From: Haliotis cracherodii
Taxonomy: Eukaryota
DNA length: 64,000 bases
Direction of reading: 5' to 3'
Assembly (NCBI RefSeq): GCF_022045235.1
Contig: NW_027266286.1
Coordinates: forward strand, 60,140,001-60,204,000
In this document: positions 1 through 11,861 of the stretch, piece after piece
How positions within the stretch are numbered: position 1 is the first letter of the stretch
How the letters are laid out: every line of letters begins with the position of its first letter
Translations under genes and position numbers: made by a program
The notes under the pieces: generated by a model
The model's database searches: none
Told to the model about the DNA's origin: nothing
Seen by the model: only the letters and a program-made list of their open reading frames with translations

Positions 1-419
1 CCTCAGTAAAACTTTCAAACGTTATATGACAGACATGTGTATGACATTTCCAAATTTGACGTATCAGTGACAAAAATTATGTCCGATGCTATTCCCTATT
101 TTGACATGTACCATATGTTGCCATGTTGTTTTTGTTTTTTTTCAGATAAACAATTGACTTGCCTTTGCATGTGTTTGTGAAGGGTGCCACCGATGGGGCA
201 AGATACGCTCACCTTTTCGCGAACACCTGGTATCGTCACTATTTGAAAGTGATGCATAAGCACGTGCTCATGATATAGTCGTAATTATCCAATCGACTCT
301 GCCTTTAGTCTGTTATCTGTACAAACAAATAACATAAATACTAGTAAATGCGTTCATGGAATGATTGAGGGGGTTAAATTTGTATTTATGTCATGATAAA
401 AATATTAGATCTTTTTTGC

Positions 420-860
420 TGTGAGGAAAAACCTTGACATTACACAAGAAACGCTTCACTCCAAAGTTAAGGTGACGGGGACATTGACAGGTACTTACAA
501 TCCATTGTCGTGAACTCCTTCTGTTGTTGACTCTGTTGCATTTCCTTAACGTAGGAACTCATTACGTCGTCCACGTCCCCATCATCACGCTGTTTCAAGT
601 GTTCTTCTAACATTGGTTTCCATCAGGTCATCGTTGTGTAAGGCTCTCTTCGCCTTGAAAAGGTCCCCAGGAAAAAAACGTAAGAAGGGTAAAAAGTTTA
701 CGACGTTGGCGGCTGCTGAAACTGCCATGATGTCCTCCAGAATGTCCAGAAATGTGATAAATAGAGGATCCGTATAAGCAAAGCGTTTTCCAAACACTGT
801 GGAACAGATAACATTGGACACTGAATATCAAGTGCCTGCAGTCAAACCCCAGTCCCAGTC
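420..860 (-). pseudogene. Degenerate duplicate of the 3' part of CYP exon 2 plus the start of intron 2
   Basis: High identity to ~4370-4822, with a ~14-bp frameshifting deletion near 620 and no exon 5' half or acceptor. Confidence 0.8.
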
Positions 861-3842
861 CAAACGTATTATCAGTTCTAAATGTGATTTGGTTATAAAA
901 TAACCATACACAGTAAATTTTGATATCACTAATATTTAAGGACGTGAAGATACTCGGGGAACTTGATGACGTCAGGTAATAGACTGGTCTGGTGACATCA
1001 ACAAAGATCACCGAGGTTCTCTACCTCATCCACATGGTCGCCTCTGCGACAAGCATGTGTTGCTGGAGACCCATTCTAACCCGGAATGACCACAGGGTTC
1101 ATGCTCATTCAGCCAAACGTAATGTAAGTTCTAAGTGTTATCTAACTCATTTGCACATAGTACAGGGGTACATTTATTCGTGTATACTTTCCTTTTTGTT
1201 GAGATTAGGTTTGTGTGACTGTGATGTGGCAGTAGAAACTGTTCTACGTGTATTTGTAGTGATTGTTAGTGGCAGCAAATGACTGAAGCGCAAGTAAAAT
1301 GTTATCCGCCCTGGCTGTTCACAAACATGAAAGGTTTGATTGTTGGAGAAGTTTCCTTGTGGAAAATTTCAAGAAGGCTGGCTGTACCTACATGTATAGA
1401 AGAGCGAGAAGATGGCAATCAAAGGCTTTTTTACCCGACTTGTGTCTTATCTATTTGGATACCTAGTAGTTAAGACCATATTCCTACCAGCTTCCAACAG
1501 TATTCCGTATTCAAGAACGGAGACAGGCCTGTTTCAAGAAATTCGACAGTGATAAAATACCGAACGTTCGTGAACGTACTTTCACTAATTCAAGTGTCTG
1601 TTACTTTATGGTGGTGCCACTTACTTGATCCATTGTACAATCTCATTAAAATCAGATCTACGTTCTAGCTGCCGCTAAACAAAGATCTGAGGACATCCCA
1701 TTACGGGAGATTGCCAATGGTATTGCCCTTTTTCATTGAAAACGTAAAACTGTATGTTTGAGTATAATTTATTGATATTTCATTTATATTGAGTGGTTAT
1801 TTACTGATTTTACAATTAGGCTTGTACATACCGAGTTCTGTCTTAATCTTGGCGTTCCAATTTGGAAATCACTCGTAACAATGACTGATCCTGGACTGAT
1901 CCTGTGCTGATCCGAACAGTATTAGTTGCGAGGAATTGCTTTTACTTGGAAGTTATTTGGCGAATATACTAAGCCCATTATTCCAGCTGTTGGTGGCTTT
2001 CGTCCGTTCACCGGGAGGAACTTGAACCTCTGAATCATGCTTGTGAGGAATAAGAAGAGCTCCATCCGGGCCATTGACTCCCCCAGGCAAACTCTCCGAC
2101 CTGGAATAAGTACAAAATATCCCCATCATTATCGTTCCGATCAACCAGTAAATCACTACTCCATCTTTACGACCATCGTCATAATATACTATACAAGAAT
2201 TGCGATAATCAAAACTTCCTAATAGTTTACGTGTTTGAAACAGATGTCACAAGAAAACATTTGATGCGATGCATCAACAAGGCGGCAAACTCTGTGTTTG
2301 TCAAAATATATTTACAATAAAATAATTCCCCAAAATATAAAATGAAAATATTCAAACGAATTATTTCGAAATTTGTAAAAGAAAACCCTTGCCCTATTAT
2401 GCAGTACACTAAAGGGACACTGTCGTACAAATATCAGCATTAAGTACTTACAGAAACTCTTGGAAAATAAAGACATTAAATATTAGAGGTCTCAAACAAT
2501 CTAAATGGGTCACGTACATATATTCTGGTGTATTAACCCTGTAAGGGACTATGCTATTCCAACACAGTTTCTTCAGTTAAATACCAACTATACCAAAGCT
2601 GTTGTATTTTAAAAGTAGCATATGTTTAGTATTCAGCTTCATGTCTTTACTTGAGTGTATAATCGAGACTTGATCAGACAAACTTTCAACAATCCACGTA
2701 GTGGAGGTGGCACGCAATGAACCCATTCACCAAACCTGACCACCCCACCACCAACGACAAGCAGAGGCTACTTGGGAATCCCCACCTGGTTCGAACATTA
2801 AAATGGTCTTACTATGCTGTTTGTATGTATTTAGAAATACTTCTATGCAGATAGTGGATATGACATTCCGTCATAAAGTTATTATAATGAACACATAAAT
2901 AATGTGTATACTATTTGTTAACGTTGTCCATGAAAGGACAAATTCAGTCATGACAGCTAAGAATGAATGAGTGTTATTGCTTACCAAATATATTTTTCAA
3001 AATGATAGAATCTATACTTTGACAACAGAAAAAGGCGAGCGCTGCTATAAAGCCACATTTTATTGTAAAACGAGAGAAGGTAGAACAAGAGTTATCGTTC
3101 TTGTTTGAAGTACGCCTCGTGATCATATGCCAATACGGAAACCTTCGAGAGGTTGTCATCTTGTCCCGGGTGGACACGAGTTGGTCACGAATAAGCAAGA
3201 ACGTCGTGGCGTATGCGGCACACAGACTAAAACCTTTTGATCACTTTCCATCATGAAAGATTGCGATTTGAAGTTAAACAACTGAAAAAATATAGAATAG
3301 ATAAAAAATAAAATGTGACACGTTATGCATGTACTTTCTAATCAGTTACCCACAAGTCCTATAGTCAGAAAACTATTACAAATTGAAAAACAAAGTTGTT
3401 CAAATTGTTATAACAACACAATTAAAAGTACCAAAGTAATACTCGTTCGAAAGCATTAAGGTTCACTAGTTCCACTATGATATGTTTCTATATTGTGTTG
3501 TCTAATATACGGTTACCTTCCCTACTCGGAATTCAGAAACACCATTGAAACCCTGTGGAATAAGCTCTGAAGACTATTCAGGGTCCCCTTTTAATAACTG
3601 TGACACATTTTAGGAATTCATTAAATTGAAAAAGAATGAACACCTAACAACATAACGGGACAGTGTAAAACACATATACCAAAAATGAATTGTAACAAAC
3701 AAACGGACACAAAATTAGAAATGCATAAATTGCATATACAATTACCCATAGACCACCATGTCCCCACATACTTCTAGCAGAAGTATTACAAATAGGCCAT
3801 GGTGGCAAGGCCGCCGTCGAATGATCAAGAACCTATACTAAC

Positions 3843-6800
3843 CTAGAGAAAAAGGGATGAATTCTTCTTTCTTTTGGAATTTTCCTTCATGGTCAAGAAA
3901 ACGCCCAGGTCTGAAGTTTTCCGGGTCACCCCAGACAGCTTCGTCTTTGAGAACGGAATCTAGGTTGGGGATGATAAAGACACCTTTAGGGAAAGTGTAT
4001 CCTCGGAACTGGACATCATGGGGAACGGTATGGGGAACACTGAGGGGAGCAATGTCAGCGTGTCTCAACACTTCCATAATGGTGGCCTCCATGTAGGGAA
4101 GGTTCGTCTTGTCTTTCATGGAGGGCCGTCTGCTCTGGCCGATGTTTTCCAGAATCTCCTGGAAGCACTTCTCCTGTACATCCGGGTAGTTCAGGATGTA
4201 GACCAGTGCCCAGCGTATTGTAGTAGCTGTTGTTTCTGTCCCGGCAACGAACAGGTTGGTGATAACTCTCTTGAGATTTTCCACTGTAAGGTTAAGCAAT
4301 ATAGCTTGAACTAAACGATTCCGTTATAGAAGATGATTTGTTAAACTATACATAGAAAGTGTGCGACTGTTGAGGAAAAACCTTGACATTACAGAAGAAA
4401 CGCTTCACTCTAAAGTTAAGGTGAAGGGGACATTGACAGGTACTTACAATCCATTGTCGTGAACTCCTTCTGTTGTTGACGCTTTTGCATTTCCTTGATG
4501 TATGCACTCATTACGTCGTCCACGTTCCCGTCATCACGCTGTTTCAAGTGTTCTTCTAACATTGGTTTCAATAGCAGAGACTCCATCAGGTCATCGTTGT
4601 GTAAGGCTCTCTTCGCTTTGAAAATATCCCCAGGCAAGAACCGTAAGAAGGGTAAAAAGTTTACGACGTTGGCGGCTGCTGAAACTGTCATGATGTCATC
4701 CAGAATGTCCAGAAATGTGATAAATAGAGGGTCAGTATATGCAAAGCGTTTTCCAAACACTGTGGAACAGATAACATTGGACACTGAATTGTGTAACAAG
4801 CGCCTGCAGTCAAACCCCAGTCCTTTCTCTGATTCAAAGGCTGCGAGAAGATGCGAGACTTCCTGATGTATTTTGTTTTCCATAACAGGCCTTCCTACAC
4901 CAAATTCCCTCAGAGTATTAAGGGTGAACTTCCTCTGTTCACGCCAGACGTCACCGGAGCTTCCAACTATTCCTGGAAGTTTTAATAATAAGACTGTGAA
5001 ATCAGACCCCAATGGCGTGGGAATGTTACTCAAGCTTGGTTACTGGTGGGCCTGGCCCGTGTTTAAAATTGTTTACATGATATTGTTATGCTCAAATATG
5101 TTTCATAAATTGTTTTTAAATATAACTTTGCATAAATGACTCAATTGTAAACATATTAACTTGGTCTATAGTTGAAATAATGCCTATGCGACGGTACATT
5201 TAACGCATTCACTCACTCACGCACTGTGTGGTTCAGACGCGAGGACCTACAGTCAGACATATAATCGGCGATAATCTGTTTAATCCATGAATATTTGCTG
5301 AAGATATGCTGATAAGGATTAACCACCTTCGTGTATCTCTTGTGATGAAAGTGATATCTTGCAGTGTAATTTATTGTTAAACACTGTTGTAATTGTATTA
5401 TTACATCTCTTCTGTTACGATTCAGTAGTGGTTTATATCATTTTGTTTTGACAATGGTTAGTTGTCAGGAATCTAGCATTATCTAATGTAAGCAGTGGTG
5501 TGGAAGTTACTATATTTAGGTGCGTTTTGAAAAGCTCGACGAATCCAGCGTAGGATAGAACCTTGCAGGAGGTATTAGGCTACACAAGAGAGGGTTAGTT
5601 GTCAGGAATCTAGCATTATCTAATGTAAGCAGTGGTGTGGAAGTTACTATATTTAGATGCGTTTGGAAAAGCTCGACGAATCCAGCGTAGGATAGAACCT
5701 TGCAGGAGGTATTAGGCTACACAAGAGAGGGTTAGTTGTCAGGAATCTAGCATTATCTAATGTAAGCAGTGGTGTGGAAGTTACTATATTTAGATGCGTT
5801 TGGAAAAGCTCGACGAATCCAGCGTAGGATAGAACCTTGCAGGAGGTATTAGACAACATGAGAGAGGGTGCCTCACATATCCCACATTACACATTTCATT
5901 ACATCATTACATCAAGAACAGCGGTTGTTTGAAGATAATTGTTTTCACTCTAAATATCCAGCCAATTGGAAGCTTTACCACTGTTGCTTCTAGGTGGATA
6001 CTACTACTGCTATTATATTTTATACTGCCATTGTAATTGTACTGCCATTGAATTTGGCACTGCCACTCTATTGTGTGCAGCATTTTGTATTGATTTGCAA
6101 ATCTAGTTATAATACAATTGTTAATTTGATATCATTCCTTTGTTGTTTGTTAGATTCACACTGAAGTCTTTTCCCATAAATTGTGTGGGTTAACTTATTG
6201 ACTCAACAAGTAACAAAAGCTAATCACTTATCAGGTTATACTCGTTATAACGCAGGAAATCTGGTAATTATATTTGAACGTCATTTGAAATTGGTTTGTA
6301 AATTATATCAAATATTTTTGCTGTTTTAATTAAGTAACAAATACCTGAATAAATTAAATAATTCTAGCAGTTCATATTGTTGTCTAGATACGTTTTGGTC
6401 TTTGTTTTTTTTAGTTTGATATATATATTATACCTGTGGTATTTTCTCCTACTGTTTTATAGTCCATTTTTTGTCCCAATGTGTAGTTTACTCTGGTTGA
6501 CATATTACCGTTTATACTTGAGAAAAAATACATAGTCAGAGACTTGGTGTGTAATTGATTGCTTTGTGGAATGGTACAGGTGATTTGACAATTGAACAGA
6601 TTAAGTAGTATAGGTAATAGGGGTTCTGGCTCACTTCCACTGGAACCGGAATTATATACCTATACCACCACTACAGGGGGAATTTTTTATGCCAAAATGA
6701 TTATGCAATTGAACAATCGTATGCAGATCAAGTTATATTGGCTCTATCTCAGAATTATTCAGCGCTGATACAACGGCTGATAAACGTGTCACCCATTCGG

Positions 6801-7840
6801 TTGATCTCAATCGCTCGGATTTAATTTTGATCCCATACTGATAACCAAACAAACGTTCCGCTAATTTCAGGTTAAATCTTTCGACGATAGCTTGAGCCTC
6901 TTTTTCACCACGCAGGATTTCGACATCGTGCTTTGTTAACAGTTTAGTTATCGATCCCATGAACTCGCAACCGGGATCTACTTGAAATAGCTTAGGCCAT
7001 TTTAGTTGTCCGCGTTTATATATGCGACTCAGTGCATTAGCTACTTCTGTTGAATCTTTCGAGGTTAATGGTTCAGCCTCTTTGTATCGACTAGCCACAT
7101 CCACTACGGTTAAAGCGTATTTATACGTTTTGCGTTTTACCTTATCGTGAGGAAGAAACAACAGGTCAGCCTGATGAACTTCATTCGTTGTAAAAATATC
7201 AAATTTCTTCCTCGGTATATAACGCGGTGCCGGTAAGTATATTTGACACATCGCTTGTTTCTTTAACCAATCCTTGGCCACATCTTTAGATACCTTACCT
7301 TAATTTTTTTATTGCTCCTACACCTTTCCAATATCCTCGTGGGCTACAGTAAATTTTATTTATTATTAATTAATATTGATATTTTTTTTTAATACGACTT
7401 ATGACTATCGTTGAATCGCATCATCATTTTGGCATAAAAAAATGCCACCTGTAGTAGCAGTATAGGTATATAAATCCAGTTCCAGTGGAAGTGAGCCAGA
7501 ACCCCTATTACCTATACTACTGCTTACCTTTCCCTTTTGAGACAAATTCGTTGATGAAAGTATGCGGCCTGTCCGAAAATATGTCACCGTTCTTGACGAA
7601 TGCGTCTCTCAGGGCGCTGTAGCCGTTGAGAACGATGACTGGTCTGTTGAAAACATAGAAACTGAATATGTCGCCATACTTCTGTCGGAGGTTCTTAAAC
7701 GTGACCCGGGGATCAGAGCCCATAGACAGGGCGTTCCCCACAAACGGGAGGAGAGGGGGGCCGGGGGGAAGTCCAGAACGCCGCCGCGTCAACAGCCACA
7801 ACACAGCCAGCACAACTACACCCACAAGAAGCCCGAACAT
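3843..7840 (-). CDS. Cytochrome P450, CYP2 clan. Exons 7528-7840, 4448-4972, 3843-4283; final heme-Cys exon not found in window
   Basis: TM anchor MFGLLVGVVVLAVLWLL plus hinge LPPGPP, C-helix WREQR, I-helix AGTETT, K-helix EVLR, PENFRPGRF, ending FIPFSLG at a phase-1 GT donor. GT-AG junctions are in frame. Confidence 0.88.
5456..5852. repeat. 137-bp tandem repeat, ~3 copies, CYP intron 1
   Basis: Units start at 5456, 5593, 5730. Only one unit is present in the inverted copy (~11585-11703). Confidence 0.9.
6604..7521 (-). mobile_element. Non-autonomous mini-Polinton/Maverick (918 bp) with a degenerate retroviral-like integrase
   Basis: ~115-bp TIRs beginning AGTAGT and ending ACTACT; 5-bp TSD GATTA/GCTTA; empty site in the inverted paralog near 10850. 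Confidence 0.85.
6733..7360 (-). pseudogene. Polinton-type rve (DDE) integrase, disrupted
   Basis: HQADLLF...TVVDVASR...QVDPG...IVERFN (D,D,E). N-terminal IYCSPRGYWKG segment is separated by a stop/frameshift; C-terminus truncated at the TIR. Confidence 0.8.
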
Positions 7841-7854
7841 TGCTGCTGACAACA

Positions 7855-7889
7855 CACTGTATCGGGCCGATGCGTCGAGATTACTTATA
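7855..7889 (-). promoter_or_regulatory. Putative CYP core promoter (TATAAG at 7889-7884, Inr-like ACAGT near 7860)
   Basis: TATA-to-Inr spacing ~25-30 nt, ~20 nt upstream of ATG 7840. Confidence 0.4.
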
Positions 7890-8267
7890 GCGGAAAGTGG
7901 ACGCATGGCTGACTGTATGTAGTCATGTGACTGGACAGCTCGTTGTGTCAATAAAACCGGCCTTTCAACACTGGATCTCTCTGCACCGCTTGTGTTGTTT
8001 ATGCATGTCTATTTCGCTTGGTTGAGGTTCCTTTCTGCATATTGCTGAATGTTTCAAATGATACCAGATCACTCTCTCAGCCTCATTGTGTCTCCAGATG
8101 TTGCGTGTTGACCCCTTTTATCGAAGGTCGACCGACACGGTGTTTTGTTGTACATTCTTCAGTTTGTCATTTGATCACCTCATATTTCCTGCTTGTAATT
8201 GTGGCTGGCATCCTTCAGTGTCGTTATATCCCATTATGAATGCATCCCAGACATTCCCCATTTATTC

Positions 8268-8430
8268 AGGGCGGTCGGGTAGCCTAGTGGTTAAAGCGTT
8301 CGCTCGTCACGCCGAAGACCCGGTTCGATTCCCGATATGGGTAAATTGTGTGAAGCCCATTTCTGGTGTTCCCAGCCGTGATATTGCTGGAATATTGCTA
8401 AAGGCGGCGTAAAACCATACTCACTCACTC
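8268..8430 (+). mobile_element. tRNA-derived SINE family A with (ACTC)n tail; other copies near 13663-13843(-), 24674-24838(-), 26636-26824(-), 27025-27194(-), 44460-44612(+), 44800-44958(+), 50388-50540(-), 56081-56235(-), 62018-62172(+)
   Basis: A box TAGCCTAGTGG, B box GGTTCGATTCC, shared body, microsatellite tail. Confidence 0.88.
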
Positions 8431-9382
8431 GCCCCAGTTATTCATACCCAAAAGGGGTGGATAGTCGCTCATTCTGTTAGCCAGCTGTAATCCTGATGAA
8501 AGAACAATGGCGAAACCTGTTTCAGTCAAAACAATCGCATCCTGATGGACCCGGGTTAGGATAACTCCCTCGCACACGAATGCATGCGTGATACGTTTGC
8601 TCATCATGTCGACCTTCGGTTTATCTGGTCCAGACTCAGGTATTTACAGAACGGCGTGTTATTGCTTTAACATTGCTGAATGCGGCATTAAACAACATTC
8701 GACCCGTGAAGATCCGGGATAGAATAGGTCTTCAGCAACCCATGCCTACCGTAAAGGGCGACTATGCTTGTTGTAAGAGGCGACTAACGGGATCGTGTGG
8801 TCAGACTCGCTGACTTGGTTGATGCATGTCATCGAATCTCAATTGCGTGGATCGATGCTCATGATGTCAATCACTGGATTGGGTACACAAAGTACGTGAT
8901 CTAGATTACCAGTTGTCGGACTTTCATTCTAGTGGAAGTCTCGGTGGCTGAGTGGGTTAGTGTGCTGCCGATTAGGTGGTCACGGTTGGCTGGTGGTCAT
9001 GGCTGGCTGTTGTCACCTGATGTCAATGGCTTCTTATAGTTTTCTTTGTCGCCAGTTGTTGTTGGTGGTAAACACGGACAGATGCCCAGATGGACGGGCT
9101 GCTGAGCCTGACGAACACCCCCAAACCATTTGCAGTGAAGGCTATTCTCAGAACAAAATAAGATCAGATGATCGACCTGATACGGGCAATATCATCAGAG
9201 GAATAATGAAGTATTCCGCCTTTTCCCTGCGTAGTGTGGTAAGAGCACATGTCGAACGTCGTCAAGGCCAGGCATGCGAAAGAAGCACTGTCAAAAGTTG
9301 ACATGAAGAGAAATGTATGTGTTTCTGAACATTTTCTGCAGTTTTTATCAGCTGTTCCTTCTCTAATGATGACAGACGATGA

Positions 9383-9643
9383 GTGAGTGAGTGAGTGAGT
9401 TGGATACAGTTATATCGCGGCGTGTCAGCTTAATGTGGGAGGAAAGCCCCAAGTCATGCAGGTCTCGGACGTTTACCACTTCGGTGAAACCCACGAGCAC
9501 GGGTATGGTGCTGACAAACCTAGAAACCTAATCGGGCCGAACCGGGATTCGAACCCACAATCATAGGTTTCTGGCGTGCCCAAGGGACGCAATTCTGCAC
9601 AGCGAATCGCGGCGCCTTAGACGACTGGGCCACCCGTGCCCCC
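9383..9643 (-). mobile_element. tRNA(Leu-like)-headed SINE family C; copies near 39026-39264(+), 50981-51214(-), 52366-52630(-), 61073-61348(-)
   Basis: TGGCCCAGTCGTCTAAGGCG...GGTTCGAATCCC head, GGCTTTCCTCCCAC body, (ACTC)n tail; 12-bp TSD GACAGACGATGA. Confidence 0.85.
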
Positions 9644-9710
9644 GACAGACGATGAATGTCGACAAGCGGCTCATCACCTGTTTGGAAGGGGGACCTGTTG
9701 AAGTATCAAT

Positions 9711-10512
9711 ACAAAAATATCTAATATGAGAGTCTCTAGGGGAAGGTCACCAAAAATATCTAATATGGCAGTCTCTAGGGGAGGGTAACAAAAATATCTA
9801 AATGACAGTGTCTAGGGGAGGGTAACCAAAATATCTAATATGACAGTCTCTAGGGGAGGGTAACCAAAATATCTAATATGACAGTGTCTAGGGGAGGGTC
9901 ACCAAAAATATCTAATATGACAGTGTCTAGGGGAGGGTCACCAAAATATCTAATATGGCAGTCTCTAGGGGAGGGTCACCAAAATATCTAATATGGCAGT
10001 CTCTAGGGGAGGGTCACCAAAAATATCTAATATGGCAGTCTCTAGGGGAGGGTCGCCAAAAATATCTAATATGGCAGTCATTAGGGGCGGGTAACCAAAA
10101 TATCTAATATGACAGTGTCTAGGGGAGGGTCACCAAAATATCTAATATGGTAGTCTCTAGGGGAGGGTCACCAAAAATATCTAATATGGCAGTCTCTAGG
10201 GGAGGGTCGCCAAAAATATCTAATATGGCAGTCTCTAGGGGAGGGTCACCAAAACTATCTAATATGGCAGTCTCTAGGGGAGGGTCGCCAAAAATATCTA
10301 ATATGGCAGTGTCTACGGGAGGGTCACCAAAATATCTAATATGACAGTCTCTAGGGGAGGGTCACCAAATTATCTAATTTGGCAGTCTCTAGGGGAGGGT
10401 CACCAAAAATATCTAATATGGCAGTGTCTACGGGAGGGTCACCAAAATATCTAATATGACAGTCTCTAGGGGAGGGTCACCAAAATATCTAATATGACAG
10501 TCTCTTGGGGAG
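9711..10512. repeat. 38-39-bp minisatellite, ~21 copies (CACCAAAATATCTAATATGRCAGTCTCTAGGGGAGGGT)
   Basis: Directly visible; source of spurious ORF 10147-10344. Confidence 0.95.
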
Positions 10513-11710
10513 ATACAGTGTGTTGTCAACAGCAATGTTCGAGCTTCTTGTGGGTGTAGTTGTGCTGGCTGTGTTGTGGCTGTTGACGCGGCGGCGTTCT
10601 GGACTTCCCCCCGCCCCCCTCTCCTGCCATTTGTGGGGAACGCCCTGTCTATGGGCTCTGATCCCCGGGTCACGTTTAAGAACCTCCGACAGAAGTATGG
10701 CGACATATTCAGTTTCTATGTTTTCAACAGACCAGTCATCGTTCTCAACGGCTACAGCGCCCTGAGAGACGCATTCGTCAAGAACGGTGACATATTTTCG
10801 GACAGGCCGCATTCTTTCATCAAGGACTTTGTCTCAAAAGGGAAAGGTAAGCTGTTCAATTGTCAAATCACCCGTACCATTCCACAAAGCAATCAATTAC
10901 ACACAAAGTCTCTGACTATGTATTTTTCTCGAGTATAAACGGTAACATGTCAACCAGAGTAAACTACACATTGGGACAAAAAAATGGACTATAAAACAGT
11001 AGGAGAAAATACCACAGGTATAATATATATATCAAACTAAAAAAAACAAAGACCAAAACATATCTAGACAACAATATGAACTGCTAGAATTATTTAATTT
11101 ATTCAGGTATTTGTTACTTAATTAAAACAGCAATAATATTTGATATAATTTACAAACCAATTTCAAATCACGTTCAAATATAATTACCAGATTTCCTGCG
11201 TTATAACGAGTATAACCTGATAAGTGATTAACTTTTGTTACTTGTTGAGTCAGTAAGTTAACCCACACAATTTATGGGAAAAGACTTCAGTGTGAATCTA
11301 ACAAACAAGAAAGGAATGATATCAAATTAACAATTGTATTATAACTAGATTTACAAATCAATACAAAACGCTGCACACAATAGAGTGGCAGTGCCAAATT
11401 CAATGGCAGTATAAAATATAATAGCAGTAGTAGTATCCACCTAGAAGCAACAGTGGTAAAGCTTCCAATTGGCTGGATATTTAGAGTGAAAACAATTATC
11501 TTCACACAACCGCTGTTCTTGATGTAATGATGTAATGAAATGTGTAATGTGGGATATGTGAGGCACCCTCTCTCATGTTGTCTAAACCTCCTGCAAGGTT
11601 CTATCCTACGCTGGATTCGTCGAGCTTTTCAAAACGCATCTAAATATAGTAACTTCCACACCACTGCTTACATTAGATAATGCTAGATTCCTGACAACTA
11701 ACCATTGTCA
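10512..11710 (+). pseudogene. Inverted partial duplicate of CYP exon 1 plus 5' part of intron 1
   Basis: Reverse complement of ~7862-7522 joined to ~6598-5450 without the Polinton. 1-bp deletion in the PPGPP codons (~10613); no further CYP exons follow. Confidence 0.88.
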
Positions 11711-11714
11711 AAAA

Positions 11715-11861
11715 GTATGTGCCTGATAGATCTGCCAAGTTTCGATCAAATACACTGAATGGTTTTGGAATTCTGCCCCTGAAAAGGAAATGATTACGGA
11801 CGGACAGACTGACTGGCTGATCGCTATATCCCCCCCGCATTATATGCCGGGGGGATAATAA
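11715..11861 (+). mobile_element. Helentron-associated (HINE-like) element 3' end
   Basis: (GGAC/AGAC)n tract then terminal hairpin CCCCCCGC...GCCGGGGGG and ATAATAA; similar to 29735-29810. Confidence 0.55.

Noticed and set aside
7841-7951. N-terminal extension of the CYP ORF
   Set aside because: Overlaps the putative TATA/Inr; ATG 7840 directly begins the membrane anchor.
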